A stretch of DNA of 64,000 nucleotides from Capsulimonadaceae bacterium (GCA_965215505.1 OZ244065.1:1664001-1728000), one strand, 5' to 3'; shown: positions 9,850 to 20,744, counted from the first letter of the stretch. Program-made: numbers and translations. Notes: generated by a model from the sequence alone, not told the origin.

Positions 9850-11121
9850 ATGACTGACCTACTCCCCCACCTCGTCACCCCCATCCCCGGCCCGCGCTCG
9901 CGCGAACTGGCCCGGCGACTGCGCCGGGCCGAGAGTCCCAACGTCACCTACCTGGCCCCCGATTTCCCCGTCTTCTGGGAGGAGGCGCGGGGCTGCCTCG
10001 TCACCGATGTTGACCGCAACCGCTTCCTCGATGTGACGGCGGCCTTCGGGGTCGCCTCGGTCGGCCACAGCCACCCGCGTGTGGTCGCCGCTGTTCGGGC
10101 ACAGGCGGAGAAGCTGCTGCACGGCATGGGTGACGTTCACCCCTCGGAAGTCAAGGTCCGGCTCTGCGAGCGCATCGCCGCGCTCGTCCCCCTCCCCGAT
10201 GCTCAGGTAATCTTAGGGCAGAACGGCGGCGATGCCGTCGAGGCCGCCCTGAAGACGGCGATGCTCGCGACCGGCCGGCCCGGCGTGCTGGCGTTTGAAG
10301 GCGGCTACCACGGCCTGACCTACGGAGCGCTGGACGTGACGGCGCGGGCGGACTTCCGCGCGCCGTTCCGGCAGCAGCTTGGCGGTTTCACGCGGCATCT
10401 CCCCTACGGCTGCTCTTTGGAGGAAGTCCGCGCACATCTTGCCGAACACAGGCCGGGCGCGGTCCTGGCCGAACCCATCCAGGGGCGCGGCGGGATCGTC
10501 GTCCCGCCGCCGGGCTGGCTGCGCGGCCTGCGCGGCATTTGCTCCCAGACGGACACCCTGCTGATATTCGACGAGATCTTTACCGGCTGGGGCCGGACGG
10601 GGGCCTGGTTCGCCTGCGACCATGAAGGCATGGTTCCAGACATCCTCTGCGTCGGCAAGGCGATGGGCGGCGGCCTGCCGATCTCCGCCTGCGTCGCCTC
10701 GGCGGGCCTGATGGCGGCCTGGGGCGAGTCCACGGGGGAGGCGCTGCACACCAGTACGTTTCTAGGCAATCCTGTGGCCTGCGCCGCCGCGCTGGCCGCC
10801 CTGGACGTTCTGGAAGAGGAAGACCTGCCCGCCCGCGCCGTGCGGATAGGCGCAGTCTTCACGGACGGCCTGTGTACCCTACAGGCCGAGTTCCCCGAGC
10901 AGATCGTGAGTGTGCGCGGGCGCGGCCTGATGCTGGGGCTGGAGTTCGACGCGCCGAGCCGGGCACTGTCCCTGGTCCCCGCCGCCCTGCGCGCGGGGCT
11001 GATCGTCCTGCCGGCGGGCGACGGCCGGGTGCTGGAGTTCGTGCCGCCCCTCGTCATTGAAGAGGAGCAGATCGCGTGGTGCCTGGCGACGCTGCGGTGC
11101 CTGCTGGCATCCGCCGCGTGA
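9850..11121 (+). CDS. Class III PLP-dependent aminotransferase
   Basis: EPIQGRGG, LIFDEIFTGWGRTG, GKAMGGGLP, STFLGNP. Confidence 0.92.
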   Translation: MTDLLPHLVTPIPGPRSRELARRLRRAESPNVTYLAPDFPVFWEEARGCLVTDVDRNRFLDVTAAFGVASVGHSHPRVVAAVRAQAEKLLHGMGDVHPSEVKVRLCERIAALVPLPDAQVILGQNGGDAVEAALKTAMLATGRPGVLAFEGGYHGLTYGALDVTARADFRAPFRQQLGGFTRHLPYGCSLEEVRAHLAEHRPGAVLAEPIQGRGGIVVPPPGWLRGLRGICSQTDTLLIFDEIFTGWGRTGAWFACDHEGMVPDILCVGKAMGGGLPISACVASAGLMAAWGESTGEALHTSTFLGNPVACAAALAALDVLEEEDLPARAVRIGAVFTDGLCTLQAEFPEQIVSVRGRGLMLGLEFDAPSRALSLVPAALRAGLIVLPAGDGRVLEFVPPLVIEEEQIAWCLATLRCLLASAA

Positions 11122-11243
11122 TAATGGGCTTGATTTTCCCGATCTGTTTGTGTCATAGTGACTTGGTTCACGCCCCCGGCCGCCGCAGTCCGTCTACCCG
11201 TGTCCTCTCAACCTATCCTGATTCTCCGAGAAAGACCTGCCCA

Positions 11244-13271
11244 ATGACCCGACGCACCCGCGCCGTCGCCCTGGCATGCGGCCTGCTGGCCGTCTTATCC
11301 CCTTCCGCGCCGACTCTGGCCGCCCCGCCCGGACATGGGCTGGATCTCTCCGCCATGGACACAAGCGTCAAACCCTGTGACGACTTCTACCGGTATGCCA
11401 ACGGCAAGTGGCTGGCGCGTACCGCCGTCCCGGCCCAGTACCCCCGATGGGACAGCTTCGGCGACGTTTACGAGCGCAACCTGGCCGTCGAGCGCGGCCT
11501 GGTGGAGCGCGCGGCGGCCGACCGGCGAGCGGACCCGAACAGCCCCGAGGGCAAAGTGGGCAGCTTCTATCGGGCTGCCACTGATGAGGCCCGCATCCAG
11601 GCCGACGGCGTCACGCCGCTCGCGCCCGAGTTCTCCCGCATTGACGCCGTCCGGGACGTTCCGGGCCTGCTGGTGGCCCTCGGCCACCTGCACCGCATGG
11701 GGATCGGCGCGGGCTGGGGCTTTTACGTCGGCCAGGACGACAAGGACAGCACGCAGGAGATCGCGCACCTCGTCCAGGGCGGCACCAGCCTGCCGGAGCG
11801 CGGTTACTACGAGCGCACCGACAAAGAGACGCAGGCGACGCGGGACGCCTTCGTCGCCCACGTCACCAGGACTTTCATGCTAACCGGCGAGGGCGCGGAC
11901 AGGGCCGCCGCCGACGCTAAGACGGTGATGGCGATGGAAACCCGGCTCGCCCTCGCCTCCAAGGCACCGACCGACCTGCGTGATCCGCAGGCCAACTATC
12001 ACAAGATGACCCTGGCCGAGCTGGACGCGCTCACGCCCAATGTCCGCTGGGAGCCTTACTTCATGGCCCTGCGGCTGCACGATTTGGGCGCGCTGGATGT
12101 CGGCCAGCCGCAGTTTTTCGTCGAGGCCGGCCGGATGCTCGCCGACGTGCCGCTGGCCGATTGGAAGACTTACGCGCGCTGGCAGATCGTGGACACTGAG
12201 GCGGGGCGTCTCAGCAAGCCGTTCGACCGGGAGCATTTCGCCTTCTACGGCACGACACTCAGCGGCACGAAGGAGCAGCAGCCCCGGTGGAAGCGCGCCC
12301 TGGGCGCGACTGACGTGGCGGTGGGCGAGGCCCTGGGGCAGCTCTATGTGGCGCAGGCGTTCCCGCCCGCCGCCAAGGCCCGCGCCTTGGCCCTGGTCCA
12401 GAACCTGAAAGGCGTCCTGCGCGACGACCTGACTCAGCTCCCCTGGATGGGGCCGGACACGCGCCGACAGGCCCTCGTGAAAGTTGACGCGATGGCGATC
12501 AAGATCGGCTACCCGGACAAGTGGCGCGACTATTCTAAACTGGACGTGTCCAGCCCCTCCTACGTCGTGAACGCCATGCGCGCGGATGAGTTCGAGTTCC
12601 AGCGCAGCCTGAACAAGATCGGCAAGCCCGTGGACAAACAGGAATGGGGCATGACGCCGCCAACGCCGGACGCCTACTACGACCCGCAGAACAACACCAT
12701 CAACTTCCCCGCCGGCATTTTGCAGCCGCCGTTCTTCAACGCCGACGCGGACGACGCCGTCAATTACGGGGCCATTGGGGCGGTCATCGGACACGAGATG
12801 ACGCACGGGTTCGACGACCAGGGCCGCCAGTACGACGCCCAGGGCAACCTGCGCGACTGGTGGACGGCGGACGACCTGAAGAACTTCACGCAGCGCGCAC
12901 AAGGAATCATCTTCCAGTATTCGGCCTACGAGCCGCTGCCGGGCCAGCACATCAACGGCGCGCTGACGACGGGCGAGAACATCGCCGACATCGGAGGTCT
13001 GAAGATCGCCTACCTCGCCCTGGAGAAGTCCCTGTCGGGCAAGCCCCGGACGAGGATAGACGGGTTCACGCCGGAGCAACGCTTCTTCCTGTCGTTCGCC
13101 CAGATGTGGCATGACAAGCGGCAGCCCGCCTACGCCAAGGTCGCCTTGGCGACCGACCCGCACTCGCCGGACCAGTACCGAGTCATCGGCGCACTGGCCG
13201 ACACGCCCGAGTTCCGCCAGGCCTTCGGCTGCCCGCCCGACCCCAAGGCCAGTTCAACCACCCTCTGGTAA
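11244..13271 (+). CDS. M13-family (neprilysin/PepO-like) metallopeptidase, secreted
   Basis: Signal peptide, PCDDFYRYANG, HEMTHGFD, GENIADIGG, DPHSP. Confidence 0.95.
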   Translation: MTRRTRAVALACGLLAVLSPSAPTLAAPPGHGLDLSAMDTSVKPCDDFYRYANGKWLARTAVPAQYPRWDSFGDVYERNLAVERGLVERAAADRRADPNSPEGKVGSFYRAATDEARIQADGVTPLAPEFSRIDAVRDVPGLLVALGHLHRMGIGAGWGFYVGQDDKDSTQEIAHLVQGGTSLPERGYYERTDKETQATRDAFVAHVTRTFMLTGEGADRAAADAKTVMAMETRLALASKAPTDLRDPQANYHKMTLAELDALTPNVRWEPYFMALRLHDLGALDVGQPQFFVEAGRMLADVPLADWKTYARWQIVDTEAGRLSKPFDREHFAFYGTTLSGTKEQQPRWKRALGATDVAVGEALGQLYVAQAFPPAAKARALALVQNLKGVLRDDLTQLPWMGPDTRRQALVKVDAMAIKIGYPDKWRDYSKLDVSSPSYVVNAMRADEFEFQRSLNKIGKPVDKQEWGMTPPTPDAYYDPQNNTINFPAGILQPPFFNADADDAVNYGAIGAVIGHEMTHGFDDQGRQYDAQGNLRDWWTADDLKNFTQRAQGIIFQYSAYEPLPGQHINGALTTGENIADIGGLKIAYLALEKSLSGKPRTRIDGFTPEQRFFLSFAQMWHDKRQPAYAKVALATDPHSPDQYRVIGALADTPEFRQAFGCPPDPKASSTTLW

Positions 13272-13290
13272 GGATTCACAAGGAGACGCG

Positions 13291-15375
13291 ATGAAACGAC
13301 GATGGAAAGTAGCGGCCCTGCTGGGCCTGCTCGGGGCGGGCGCGGCCGGCGCGCGGGCGGACGAGGGCATGTGGCCCTATAACAGCCTGCCGACGGCGCA
13401 GATCCAGGCGAAATACGGGTTCGGCATCACTGACGCCTGGGCGGGGCACCTGCAAAGGGCGTCCGCCCGCGTCGGCGGCGCGTCCGGCTCGTTCGTCTCC
13501 GCCGACGGCCTGGTGATGACCAACCACCACGTCGGCCTGGACACCCTCCAGAAGCTCAGTACCGCCTCGCACAACTATGTGCGGGATGGGTTCACCGCCC
13601 GGACGCGGGCGGACGAGGCGAAGGCCCCCGACCTGGAGATCAACGTCCTGGACAGCATCGTGCCGGTGACGGATCGGGTGCAGGCGGCCGTGAAGCCGGA
13701 CATGACGGCCGCGCAGGCGTTCCGCGCCCGCCGCGCCGCCGTCGCCGCGATCGAGAAAGACTCGCTCGACAAGACGGGCCTGCACGGCAGCGTCGTGACC
13801 CTGTTCGGCGGCGCGCGCTATGACCTCTACCGCTACAAGCGCTATACGGACGTCCGGCTGGTCATGGCTCCGGAGCAGAACGCCGCCTTCTTCGGCGGAG
13901 ACCCGGACAACTTCGAGTACCCACGCTATGACCTGGACATGTGCTTCTTCCGGGTCTACGAGAACGGGCAGTCCGCGAAGGTCAAGGACTATCTGACGTG
14001 GAGCAAGACCGGAGCGAAGGACGGCGATCTTGTCTTCGTTTCGGGCCATCCGGGGCGGACCGAGCGCCTGAACACCGTGGCGGACCTGGCCTACGACCGG
14101 GACGTCGCCCTGCCGCTGGCCTTGAACGGCCTGCGCCGCCGGGAGGTGCTGCTGACCAGTTGGGGGCAGCGCCTGCCCGAGAACGCGCGGATCGCCCGGC
14201 AGGCGCTGTTCGGCACGCAGAACAGCCGGAAACTGCTGACCGGCGAGCTGCAAAGCCTCCAGGACCCCGCCGTGTTCGCGCAGAAGCAGGCGCAGGAACA
14301 GGCATTGCGGGCGCGTGTCGCCGCCGACCCCAAGATGCAAGCCGCGTTCGGCGATGCCTGGACTCAAGTGGAACAGGTGGATGCGGCCCAGCGGGCGCTC
14401 ACCGCGAAATACGGGGCGTTCGCCGGCGGACGGTCCCTGACTTCGGGCCTGTTCAACATCGCCCAGACACTGGTCGAGACGGCCCAGGAGGACCGGAAGC
14501 CGAACCCGCAGCGTCTGCCGGAAGACAGCTCGGCCAACCGCGCCTCGCTGGACCGTCGGCTGTTCTCGCCCGCCCCGATCTATCCGCAGTTCGAGCGCCT
14601 GACCCTGGCCGACTCGCTCGCCTCGATGGAGGAGACATTGGGCGCGAGTGATCCGCTCGTCCTCCAGGCACTGGGCGGCAAGTCGCCCTCAGAGCGCGCC
14701 GCCGAACTGGTAGACGGGACGAAGCTGGGCGACGTGGCCGAGAGGGAGCGGCTCCAGGCGGGCGGCGCGGCGGCGATCAAATCGTCCCAAGACCCCATGA
14801 TCAAGCTGGCCGTGCTGCTCTCGCCCGCCTTGCGCGCGCTGCGCCGGCAGAGCGAAGACCAGGTGGCGAGCGTCCGGCAGCAGGCCTACCCGAAGATCGC
14901 CCAGGCGGAGCTTGCGGTGGGCGGCGGGAGCGTCTACCCCGACGCGACCGGCACCCTGCGGCTGTCCTACGGCGTCGTGAGCGGCTACACGCAGGACGGC
15001 GGCAGCGTCCCCGCCTCCACGACGATGGGCGGCCTGTTCTCCTATGCCTCCCAGCACGACGATCAGGACCCCTTTCAGCCTTCGCCGTCCTGGGTCAAGG
15101 CCAAGGACCAGATCAGGGCCGACACGCCCTTCGACTTCGTCTGCACGGCGGACATCATCGGCGGCAACTCGGGCAGCCCGGTCGTCAACAAGGCCGGCGA
15201 GTTGGTCGGCCTGATCTTCGACGGCAACATCCAGTCTCTCGGCGGCAGCTACGCCTACACCGACACGCAGGCGCGTTCGGTTTCCGTTCACTCGGAGGCG
15301 ATCATCGAGGCCCTGCGCCACATCTATAATGACGACGCGCTGGCCGACGAGATGCTGTCCGGCCATCTGCCCTAA
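13291..15375 (+). CDS. S46-family dipeptidyl peptidase, secreted
   Basis: ADEGMW, TNHH, DIIGGNSGSPV, GLIFDGN. Confidence 0.93.
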   Translation: MKRRWKVAALLGLLGAGAAGARADEGMWPYNSLPTAQIQAKYGFGITDAWAGHLQRASARVGGASGSFVSADGLVMTNHHVGLDTLQKLSTASHNYVRDGFTARTRADEAKAPDLEINVLDSIVPVTDRVQAAVKPDMTAAQAFRARRAAVAAIEKDSLDKTGLHGSVVTLFGGARYDLYRYKRYTDVRLVMAPEQNAAFFGGDPDNFEYPRYDLDMCFFRVYENGQSAKVKDYLTWSKTGAKDGDLVFVSGHPGRTERLNTVADLAYDRDVALPLALNGLRRREVLLTSWGQRLPENARIARQALFGTQNSRKLLTGELQSLQDPAVFAQKQAQEQALRARVAADPKMQAAFGDAWTQVEQVDAAQRALTAKYGAFAGGRSLTSGLFNIAQTLVETAQEDRKPNPQRLPEDSSANRASLDRRLFSPAPIYPQFERLTLADSLASMEETLGASDPLVLQALGGKSPSERAAELVDGTKLGDVAERERLQAGGAAAIKSSQDPMIKLAVLLSPALRALRRQSEDQVASVRQQAYPKIAQAELAVGGGSVYPDATGTLRLSYGVVSGYTQDGGSVPASTTMGGLFSYASQHDDQDPFQPSPSWVKAKDQIRADTPFDFVCTADIIGGNSGSPVVNKAGELVGLIFDGNIQSLGGSYAYTDTQARSVSVHSEAIIEALRHIYNDDALADEMLSGHLP

Positions 15376-16253
15376 CTGCCTATAAACTCCTCAATCGCGG
15401 CGTTGATGATCCCCGGATGCTCATGCACCACCCAGTGCGAGCCGCCGGGGATTTGCCGTATCGTGAGGTCCGGGACGTACTCCCCCAGACCCTCCAGATT
15501 GCCGAGCAGCAGCGCCGTGTCCTTAGCACCCCACAAAACCAGAGTCGGCGTCGGGATGGGCTGGATGGCCTCGCCGGGAACAAACCGGGCCGCCCGGTAG
15601 TAGTTCAGCCCGCCCGAAAGCGCGCCCGTCCGGGACCAGGCCGCGAGATACCGCCGCCGGTCGTCCGGCGGGAACGCGCCGGGGGCCGCACCCCCGAAGA
15701 CCGCCCGGCGTAGAAAGGCGAAGCGCCCCGCCCGCAGCAGCGGCTCGGCCAGCGGGCTGCGGAACAGCGCGACATAGGCGCTGGCAAGCCTCTGGGCCGG
15801 ATTGTTCAGCAGCTCGCGAACGAAGACGGCCGGGTGCGGCGCGTTGACGATGACCAGCTTTTCCAATCGATCCGGGTGCCGGGCCGCGAACTGCCAGGCG
15901 ACCACGCCGCCCCAGTCGTGCCCCACTAGGATGGCGGGCCGGTCCGGGCTGATCCTGTCTAGGATAGCCGCCACGTCGGCGACGAGGTTTGGAAGGCCGT
16001 AGGCATCCACGTCCTGCGGCTTGTCCGACTGGCCATAGCCGCGCATGTCAAGTGCCGCCGCAGCGCGCTTCGTGCCGAAGAATTCCAATTGGCGACGCCA
16101 GGCGTACCAGGAATCGGGGAAGCCGTGCAGGAACAGCATCGGCGCGGGGCCATTCAAAGATGCGCCCGGAAACGCCGTGACGAGGTGCAGCAAGACGCCA
16201 TTTGCGGGTATCAGTGCGCGTTCCCAGGGAGCCGGGGCAGAAGTGTTAGACAT
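15372..16253 (-). CDS. Alpha/beta hydrolase (epoxide hydrolase-like)
   Basis: LHGFP, GHDWGG, GSHWV. Confidence 0.92.
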   Translation of the reverse strand: MSNTSAPAPWERALIPANGVLLHLVTAFPGASLNGPAPMLFLHGFPDSWYAWRRQLEFFGTKRAAAALDMRGYGQSDKPQDVDAYGLPNLVADVAAILDRISPDRPAILVGHDWGGVVAWQFAARHPDRLEKLVIVNAPHPAVFVRELLNNPAQRLASAYVALFRSPLAEPLLRAGRFAFLRRAVFGGAAPGAFPPDDRRRYLAAWSRTGALSGGLNYYRAARFVPGEAIQPIPTPTLVLWGAKDTALLLGNLEGLGEYVPDLTIRQIPGGSHWVVHEHPGIINAAIEEFIGS

Positions 16254-16417
16254 GGCGCGTTATTCCCCCAGCCGCTCCCCGATAACCCGTAGCGCCGCCG
16301 AGAAGCAGGAGTCCGCCTGCTTGACCGCGAACAGACCTAAACGCGAGTGAAGCAAACCATCATACGGCGGGTCTCAATGGAAGACGGAGCGGCGCTGGAC
16401 CGCGAGGAGGCGGGAAC

Positions 16418-17974
16418 ATGAACACAAGCAGGCACAAGAATTGGGCGGCTCGGCTCGTGGCGGGGTCTACCCTGACTGGATGGGCGGCGGCGGCACTGGC
16501 CGCGCCGGTCGCCCCGCCGGCGGCGGAGTCGGGCGGACACGCGCTGACCATCTACAACCAGAACTTCGCGGTGGTCCGCGAAACCGTGCCGCTGGCCCTG
16601 ACGGCGGGCGTCAACCATCTGACTTTCAGCGACATCACCTCACACCTGGAGCCGGACTCGGTCGTCCTGCGCGACCCCGCCGGGCTGCGGACGCTGCAAG
16701 TCCTGGAACAGAACTACCGCTCAGACCCGATCTCGGAGGGGCTGCTGCTGAACCGCTACGAGGGCCAGACGATCGACTTCCAGGTGACGCACGGCGACAA
16801 GACGGAGATCGTCAAGGGCAAGATCGTCCGCAGCGGCTACGTCATCCACAACAACGCCTTTTCCTACGGCCAGAACTACTACCAGGGGCAGATGGGCTAC
16901 GCCAACGGCGGCGCGGGCCAGCCCTTGATCGAGGTGAACGGGCGGCTCCAGTTCACGCTGCCCGGCCTGCCGCTCTTCCCCGCCCTCAGCGACGACTCCA
17001 TCCTCAAGCCCACGCTCGACTGGACGGTGCAGACCGACCGGGCCGGGCCGCTGAACGCCGAGCTTGCCTACATCACCGAGGGCATGACCTGGAAGGCCGA
17101 CTATAATCTGGTTTCCCCCGAAGTTGGGAACAGCCTGGACATGGTGGGCTGGGTGACGATGGACAACCAGAGCGGGAAGTCTTTCGACAATGCTCGCATC
17201 AAGCTGATGGCGGGCGACGTGAGCAAGATTCAGTCTCAGAACTCGTATGGGGGCGGTTTTGGCGGGGGTGGCGGGTATGCCGGCGGGGGCGGCCAGCCGG
17301 CCGTCTCCGAGAAGGCGTTTGACGAGTACCACCTGTACACACTTCAGCGGCCCACGACCTTGCGCGACCGCGAAACCAAGCAGGTGGAGTTCGTCCACGC
17401 CTCGGGCATCCCGTCCAGCGTCCTCTATGTCTACGACGGTGCTGCCCTGGACTCGAGCCAATACAACTATAGTGATTGGCAGGCTCGGACCGTCGCCACC
17501 TACGGGACGCAGTCGAACACCAAGGTTTCGGTCTTCCGGGAGATCGTCAATTCCGCCAAGAACGGCCTGGGCATCCCCCTCCCCAAAGGCCGCGTCCGCT
17601 TCTACCGCCGGGACGCCGACGGGCACCTGGAGTTCATCGGCGAGAACACCATTGACCACACGCCCAAGGACGAAACCCTGCGCGTCTACACCGGGAATAC
17701 GTTCGATCTGGTCGGCGAGCGGCGGCAGACGGACTTCCACAGCAACAACAATAACACCGTCGTTACCGAAACCTTCGAGATCAAGGTCCGCAACCACAAG
17801 GCGGTCTCCGTCGAGTTCCGCGTCGTGGAACACCTCTACCGGGGGCTGACCTGGACCATTGAGGAACACTCCCAGGCGTTCACCAAGACCGACGCCCACA
17901 CCATTGAATTCCGCGTCCCGGTCGCGCCGAACGCCGAGGGGGTCGTCACCTACACGGCACATTACACTTGGTAG
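16418..17974 (+). CDS. DUF4139-like secreted protein
   Basis: LTIYNQNFAVVRE, WKADY, EYHLYTL, ETKQVEF, PLPKGRVRFY. Confidence 0.75.
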   Translation: MNTSRHKNWAARLVAGSTLTGWAAAALAAPVAPPAAESGGHALTIYNQNFAVVRETVPLALTAGVNHLTFSDITSHLEPDSVVLRDPAGLRTLQVLEQNYRSDPISEGLLLNRYEGQTIDFQVTHGDKTEIVKGKIVRSGYVIHNNAFSYGQNYYQGQMGYANGGAGQPLIEVNGRLQFTLPGLPLFPALSDDSILKPTLDWTVQTDRAGPLNAELAYITEGMTWKADYNLVSPEVGNSLDMVGWVTMDNQSGKSFDNARIKLMAGDVSKIQSQNSYGGGFGGGGGYAGGGGQPAVSEKAFDEYHLYTLQRPTTLRDRETKQVEFVHASGIPSSVLYVYDGAALDSSQYNYSDWQARTVATYGTQSNTKVSVFREIVNSAKNGLGIPLPKGRVRFYRRDADGHLEFIGENTIDHTPKDETLRVYTGNTFDLVGERRQTDFHSNNNNTVVTETFEIKVRNHKAVSVEFRVVEHLYRGLTWTIEEHSQAFTKTDAHTIEFRVPVAPNAEGVVTYTAHYTW

Positions 17975-18063
17975 GAACTCTTGCCAATCCTGCGCTGTTT
18001 CAGGTAATATCATCTCAGCGACCGACACTGACCGAGTGAATTTAGATTAGGACGGTGACAGAC

Positions 18064-18954
18064 ATGGCGGAAGAGCAGAAGTCAACATGGAAGACCAAGG
18101 TGGGTCTGGCCGAGATGCTCAAGGGCGGCGTCATCATGGACGTCGTGAACCCGGAGCAGGCGATCATCGCCGAGGAAGCCGGCGCGACGGCGGTGATGGC
18201 CTTGGAGCGCGTGCCCGCCGACATCCGGCGCGACGGCGGCGTGGCGCGGATGTCCGACCCGAAGATGATTAAGGGCATCATGGACGTCGTGACCATCCCG
18301 GTCATGGCGAAGGCCCGGATTGGGCACTACGTCGAGGCGCAGATATTGGAGGCCCTGGGCGTGGACTTCGTGGACGAGTCCGAGGTGCTGACGCCCGCCG
18401 ATGACGCCTTCCACATCTCAAAGCACGACTTCAAAGTCCCCTTCGTCTGCGGCTGCCGCGATCTGGGCGAGGCCCTGCGGCGCATCGGCGAGGGCGCTTC
18501 CATGATTCGCACCAAGGGCGAGGCCGGCTCGGGCAACATCGTGGAGGCAGTCCGGCACATGCGGACCGTGCTGGGCGGCGTCCGCCGCATCCAGGCCATG
18601 CCGTTTGAAGAGCTGATGACCGAGGCCAAGAACCTGGGCGCTCCGTATGAGCTGGTCGTCGAGATCCACCGGACCGGCAAGCTGCCCGTGCCGAACTTCA
18701 GCGCGGGCGGCATCGCCACCCCCGCCGACGCGGCCCTGATGCGCCAGATGGGCGCGGAAGCGGTCTTTGTCGGGTCCGGCATCTTCAAATCCGGCGACCC
18801 CAAGCGGCGCGCACGGGCAATGGTGGACGCCTGCACCCACTACGACAACCCGATGATGCTGGCCGAAATCTCTAACGACATCGGCGAGCCGATGGTGGGC
18901 ATCAACTTGAACTTCGTGCCCAAGGAAGAGATGATGGCGAATCGCGGCTGGTAG
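18064..18954 (+). CDS. pdxS: Pyridoxal 5'-phosphate synthase lyase subunit
   Basis: [33 protein letters not shown]. Confidence 0.97.
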   Translation: MAEEQKSTWKTKVGLAEMLKGGVIMDVVNPEQAIIAEEAGATAVMALERVPADIRRDGGVARMSDPKMIKGIMDVVTIPVMAKARIGHYVEAQILEALGVDFVDESEVLTPADDAFHISKHDFKVPFVCGCRDLGEALRRIGEGASMIRTKGEAGSGNIVEAVRHMRTVLGGVRRIQAMPFEELMTEAKNLGAPYELVVEIHRTGKLPVPNFSAGGIATPADAALMRQMGAEAVFVGSGIFKSGDPKRRARAMVDACTHYDNPMMLAEISNDIGEPMVGINLNFVPKEEMMANRGW

Positions 18955-18969
18955 CACAGGCCGGCAAAG

Positions 18970-19004
18970 AAAGAGCGGCTGCCCCCTTGGGGCAGCCGCT
19001 CTTT
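18970..19004. terminator. Bidirectional intrinsic terminator between convergent pdxS and rsr
   Basis: AAAGAGCGGCTGCCCC-ctt-GGGGCAGCCGCTCTTT with A/T tracts on both sides. Confidence 0.85.
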
Positions 19005-19026
19005 TGTCGTGTCGGGCCTTGCCATG

Positions 19027-20628
19027 TCAGGCGACCGCGAAGTCGCTCATGACGTTCGGCGTTGCGGTCGAGAACCCGACCACGTCCATCATGCCCGCGT
19101 CGTCGGGGTCGGCGATGGTGAATTTATTGGACACCATGCCGCAGACGATCAGCTTGGCCGGGATGCCCATGCGCTCCCGGTACAACCGCAGGGCCTGGAC
19201 CGGCTGGATGTTCCCCGCCCACGTCTCCGAGTCGGTGTAGACGACGAACACGTCCGCTTCGACCTTGTTCTTCAGCGCCCAGACCATCGGCAGGGCGCAG
19301 TCGGTCCCGGCGAAGGGCAGACCGCTGACCGTCTTCAGCACGTCGTCGAGCCGCTGGCGCGGGCTGATATTCAGCGGCATGAACGTCGTCGAGAACGCCA
19401 TGAACCGGTGACGCGCCTCGGTCGCCGCCGTGATCAGGGCCATCGCCGCGCTGGCGACGCGCGGCGTCAGGCCCGGAACGCCCGCGATCTGACCGCCCTC
19501 CATCGAGCCGGACACGTCCAGGGCGAGCAGCCACCGCTGGCCGGTCGGCGTGACGTTGCCGAACGAGGCGTAGAACGCCGCGTCCAGGGCGTCCACGATG
19601 GCGGGGACCGGCGTCCAGCTATTCCCACCGCGCTCGCCATGCCCCTGGGCATAGGTCTTCAGGGCAGACAGGACCTGAATCGGATGGACCCGCGCCTTCC
19701 GCAGACGCGCCCCGTCGGTGATCTGCGCGGCCACCTTCTGAGTCTCCGGCCCCATCGAAGTGAGCAGGCCCACCCGCGTCAGGGTCGCCAGGTTGCGGAT
19801 GAGCGCCGTCATCGGCATCTCCTCCAGCAAGGCCTCCCAGACGAACGGGTCGGTGAGCCACTGCGTCGGGACCGCCTCACGCGGCAGCCGGTACTCGCGA
19901 ACGAGTGCGGCGACCTGCGCCGCCGTCTCTGCCGTTTTGACCCGCTCCGATGCCCAGACCAGCCGCAGGGCCGGGTCCGGGTGGGGCATCTCGCCGACCG
20001 ACTCCCACCCCTGGGTCAGCCAGTGGTAGAGCGCGAAGTGCTGCTCCGTCGCGGGCTTCGGGTGCGAGAGCCGCAGCAGGTCGCGGTGGCTCCAGCCGTC
20101 CCGCTGCCCGTACTTGACCGCCTGGTAGGCCAGCCTGTCGGCGGGCATCTGGGCGTACCAGTTGCCGACCGCCTGCCGCAGCCCGCGGCCCCAGCCGCGC
20201 ATCCCGTCCACATACTGCGCGAAGTGGAACAGGTGCGTCCCGATCCGTGCCACGACCGGCAGGGCCGCCAGCGCCTTCCGGCGCGTGTCCTCGTCGCCGA
20301 GTGCAGCGCACATGGCGAGTGCGAACAGGGCGGGGTCGTTCTTCGGCGCGCGCCCGGCCTCGGACACGGCGACGATCTCGCGTACGACGCGCGGGCCGTC
20401 CGCGCCGATGCACCGCTTGACCGCCTCGGCGTTCTCCAGCGTCAGGGTCGTCTCGCCCGCGTAGAACGAGCCGCCCTCGGTTCCCAGCGCGAGGAATCGT
20501 GCCAGCCGCGTCCAGTCGTCCACGGCGAAGGTGAACCCGCCCGCGCTGTTCGCGACCTGGGCCGAGCCGGGGATGGGCCGGCTCTGCGGCGTCACTTTCT
20601 TGTTAAAAACCGTCTTCAAGTACGTCAT
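19027..20628 (-). CDS. rsr: Ro60/TROVE-domain RNA-binding protein (Rsr)
   Basis: NSAGGF..VDDWTRLARFLALGTEGGSFY, KYGQRDGWSHRDLLRLSHP, MPMTALIRNL, vWA MIDAS LDVSGSM, TDSETW; ATG at 20628 follows an AAAGGAG RBS. Confidence 0.96.
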   Translation of the reverse strand: MTYLKTVFNKKVTPQSRPIPGSAQVANSAGGFTFAVDDWTRLARFLALGTEGGSFYAGETTLTLENAEAVKRCIGADGPRVVREIVAVSEAGRAPKNDPALFALAMCAALGDEDTRRKALAALPVVARIGTHLFHFAQYVDGMRGWGRGLRQAVGNWYAQMPADRLAYQAVKYGQRDGWSHRDLLRLSHPKPATEQHFALYHWLTQGWESVGEMPHPDPALRLVWASERVKTAETAAQVAALVREYRLPREAVPTQWLTDPFVWEALLEEMPMTALIRNLATLTRVGLLTSMGPETQKVAAQITDGARLRKARVHPIQVLSALKTYAQGHGERGGNSWTPVPAIVDALDAAFYASFGNVTPTGQRWLLALDVSGSMEGGQIAGVPGLTPRVASAAMALITAATEARHRFMAFSTTFMPLNISPRQRLDDVLKTVSGLPFAGTDCALPMVWALKNKVEADVFVVYTDSETWAGNIQPVQALRLYRERMGIPAKLIVCGMVSNKFTIADPDDAGMMDVVGFSTATPNVMSDFAVA

Positions 20629-20640
20629 CGTCTTTGTCTC

Positions 20641-20662
20641 CTTTCGGCCCCAGTGGGGCAAG
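20641..20662 (-). promoter_or_regulatory. Ro-binding-site-like hairpin overlapping the rsr Shine-Dalgarno
   Basis: RNA CUUGCCCC-acu-GGGGCCGAAAG runs into GAG of the SD; same motif as in the Y RNAs. Confidence 0.6.
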
Positions 20663-20665
20663 TGC

Positions 20666-20744
20666 CGGACAGGCAAGGGGTGCGCCTGGGTGTTGGTTTT
20701 CTGGTTTCAAGAAGAGTGTTAACCCAAACACTTCGGCCCGTCCG
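20666..20744 (-). ncRNA. Y RNA, linear type (unit A)
   Basis: 5' CGGACGGGCCGAAG-UGUUUGGGUUAAC...CUUGCCUGUCCG 3'; the termini base-pair. Confidence 0.8.

Noticed and set aside
20629-20676. ORF-track N-terminal extension of rsr (start 20676)
   Set aside because: It overlaps Y RNA unit A, and the strong RBS sits before the ATG at 20628
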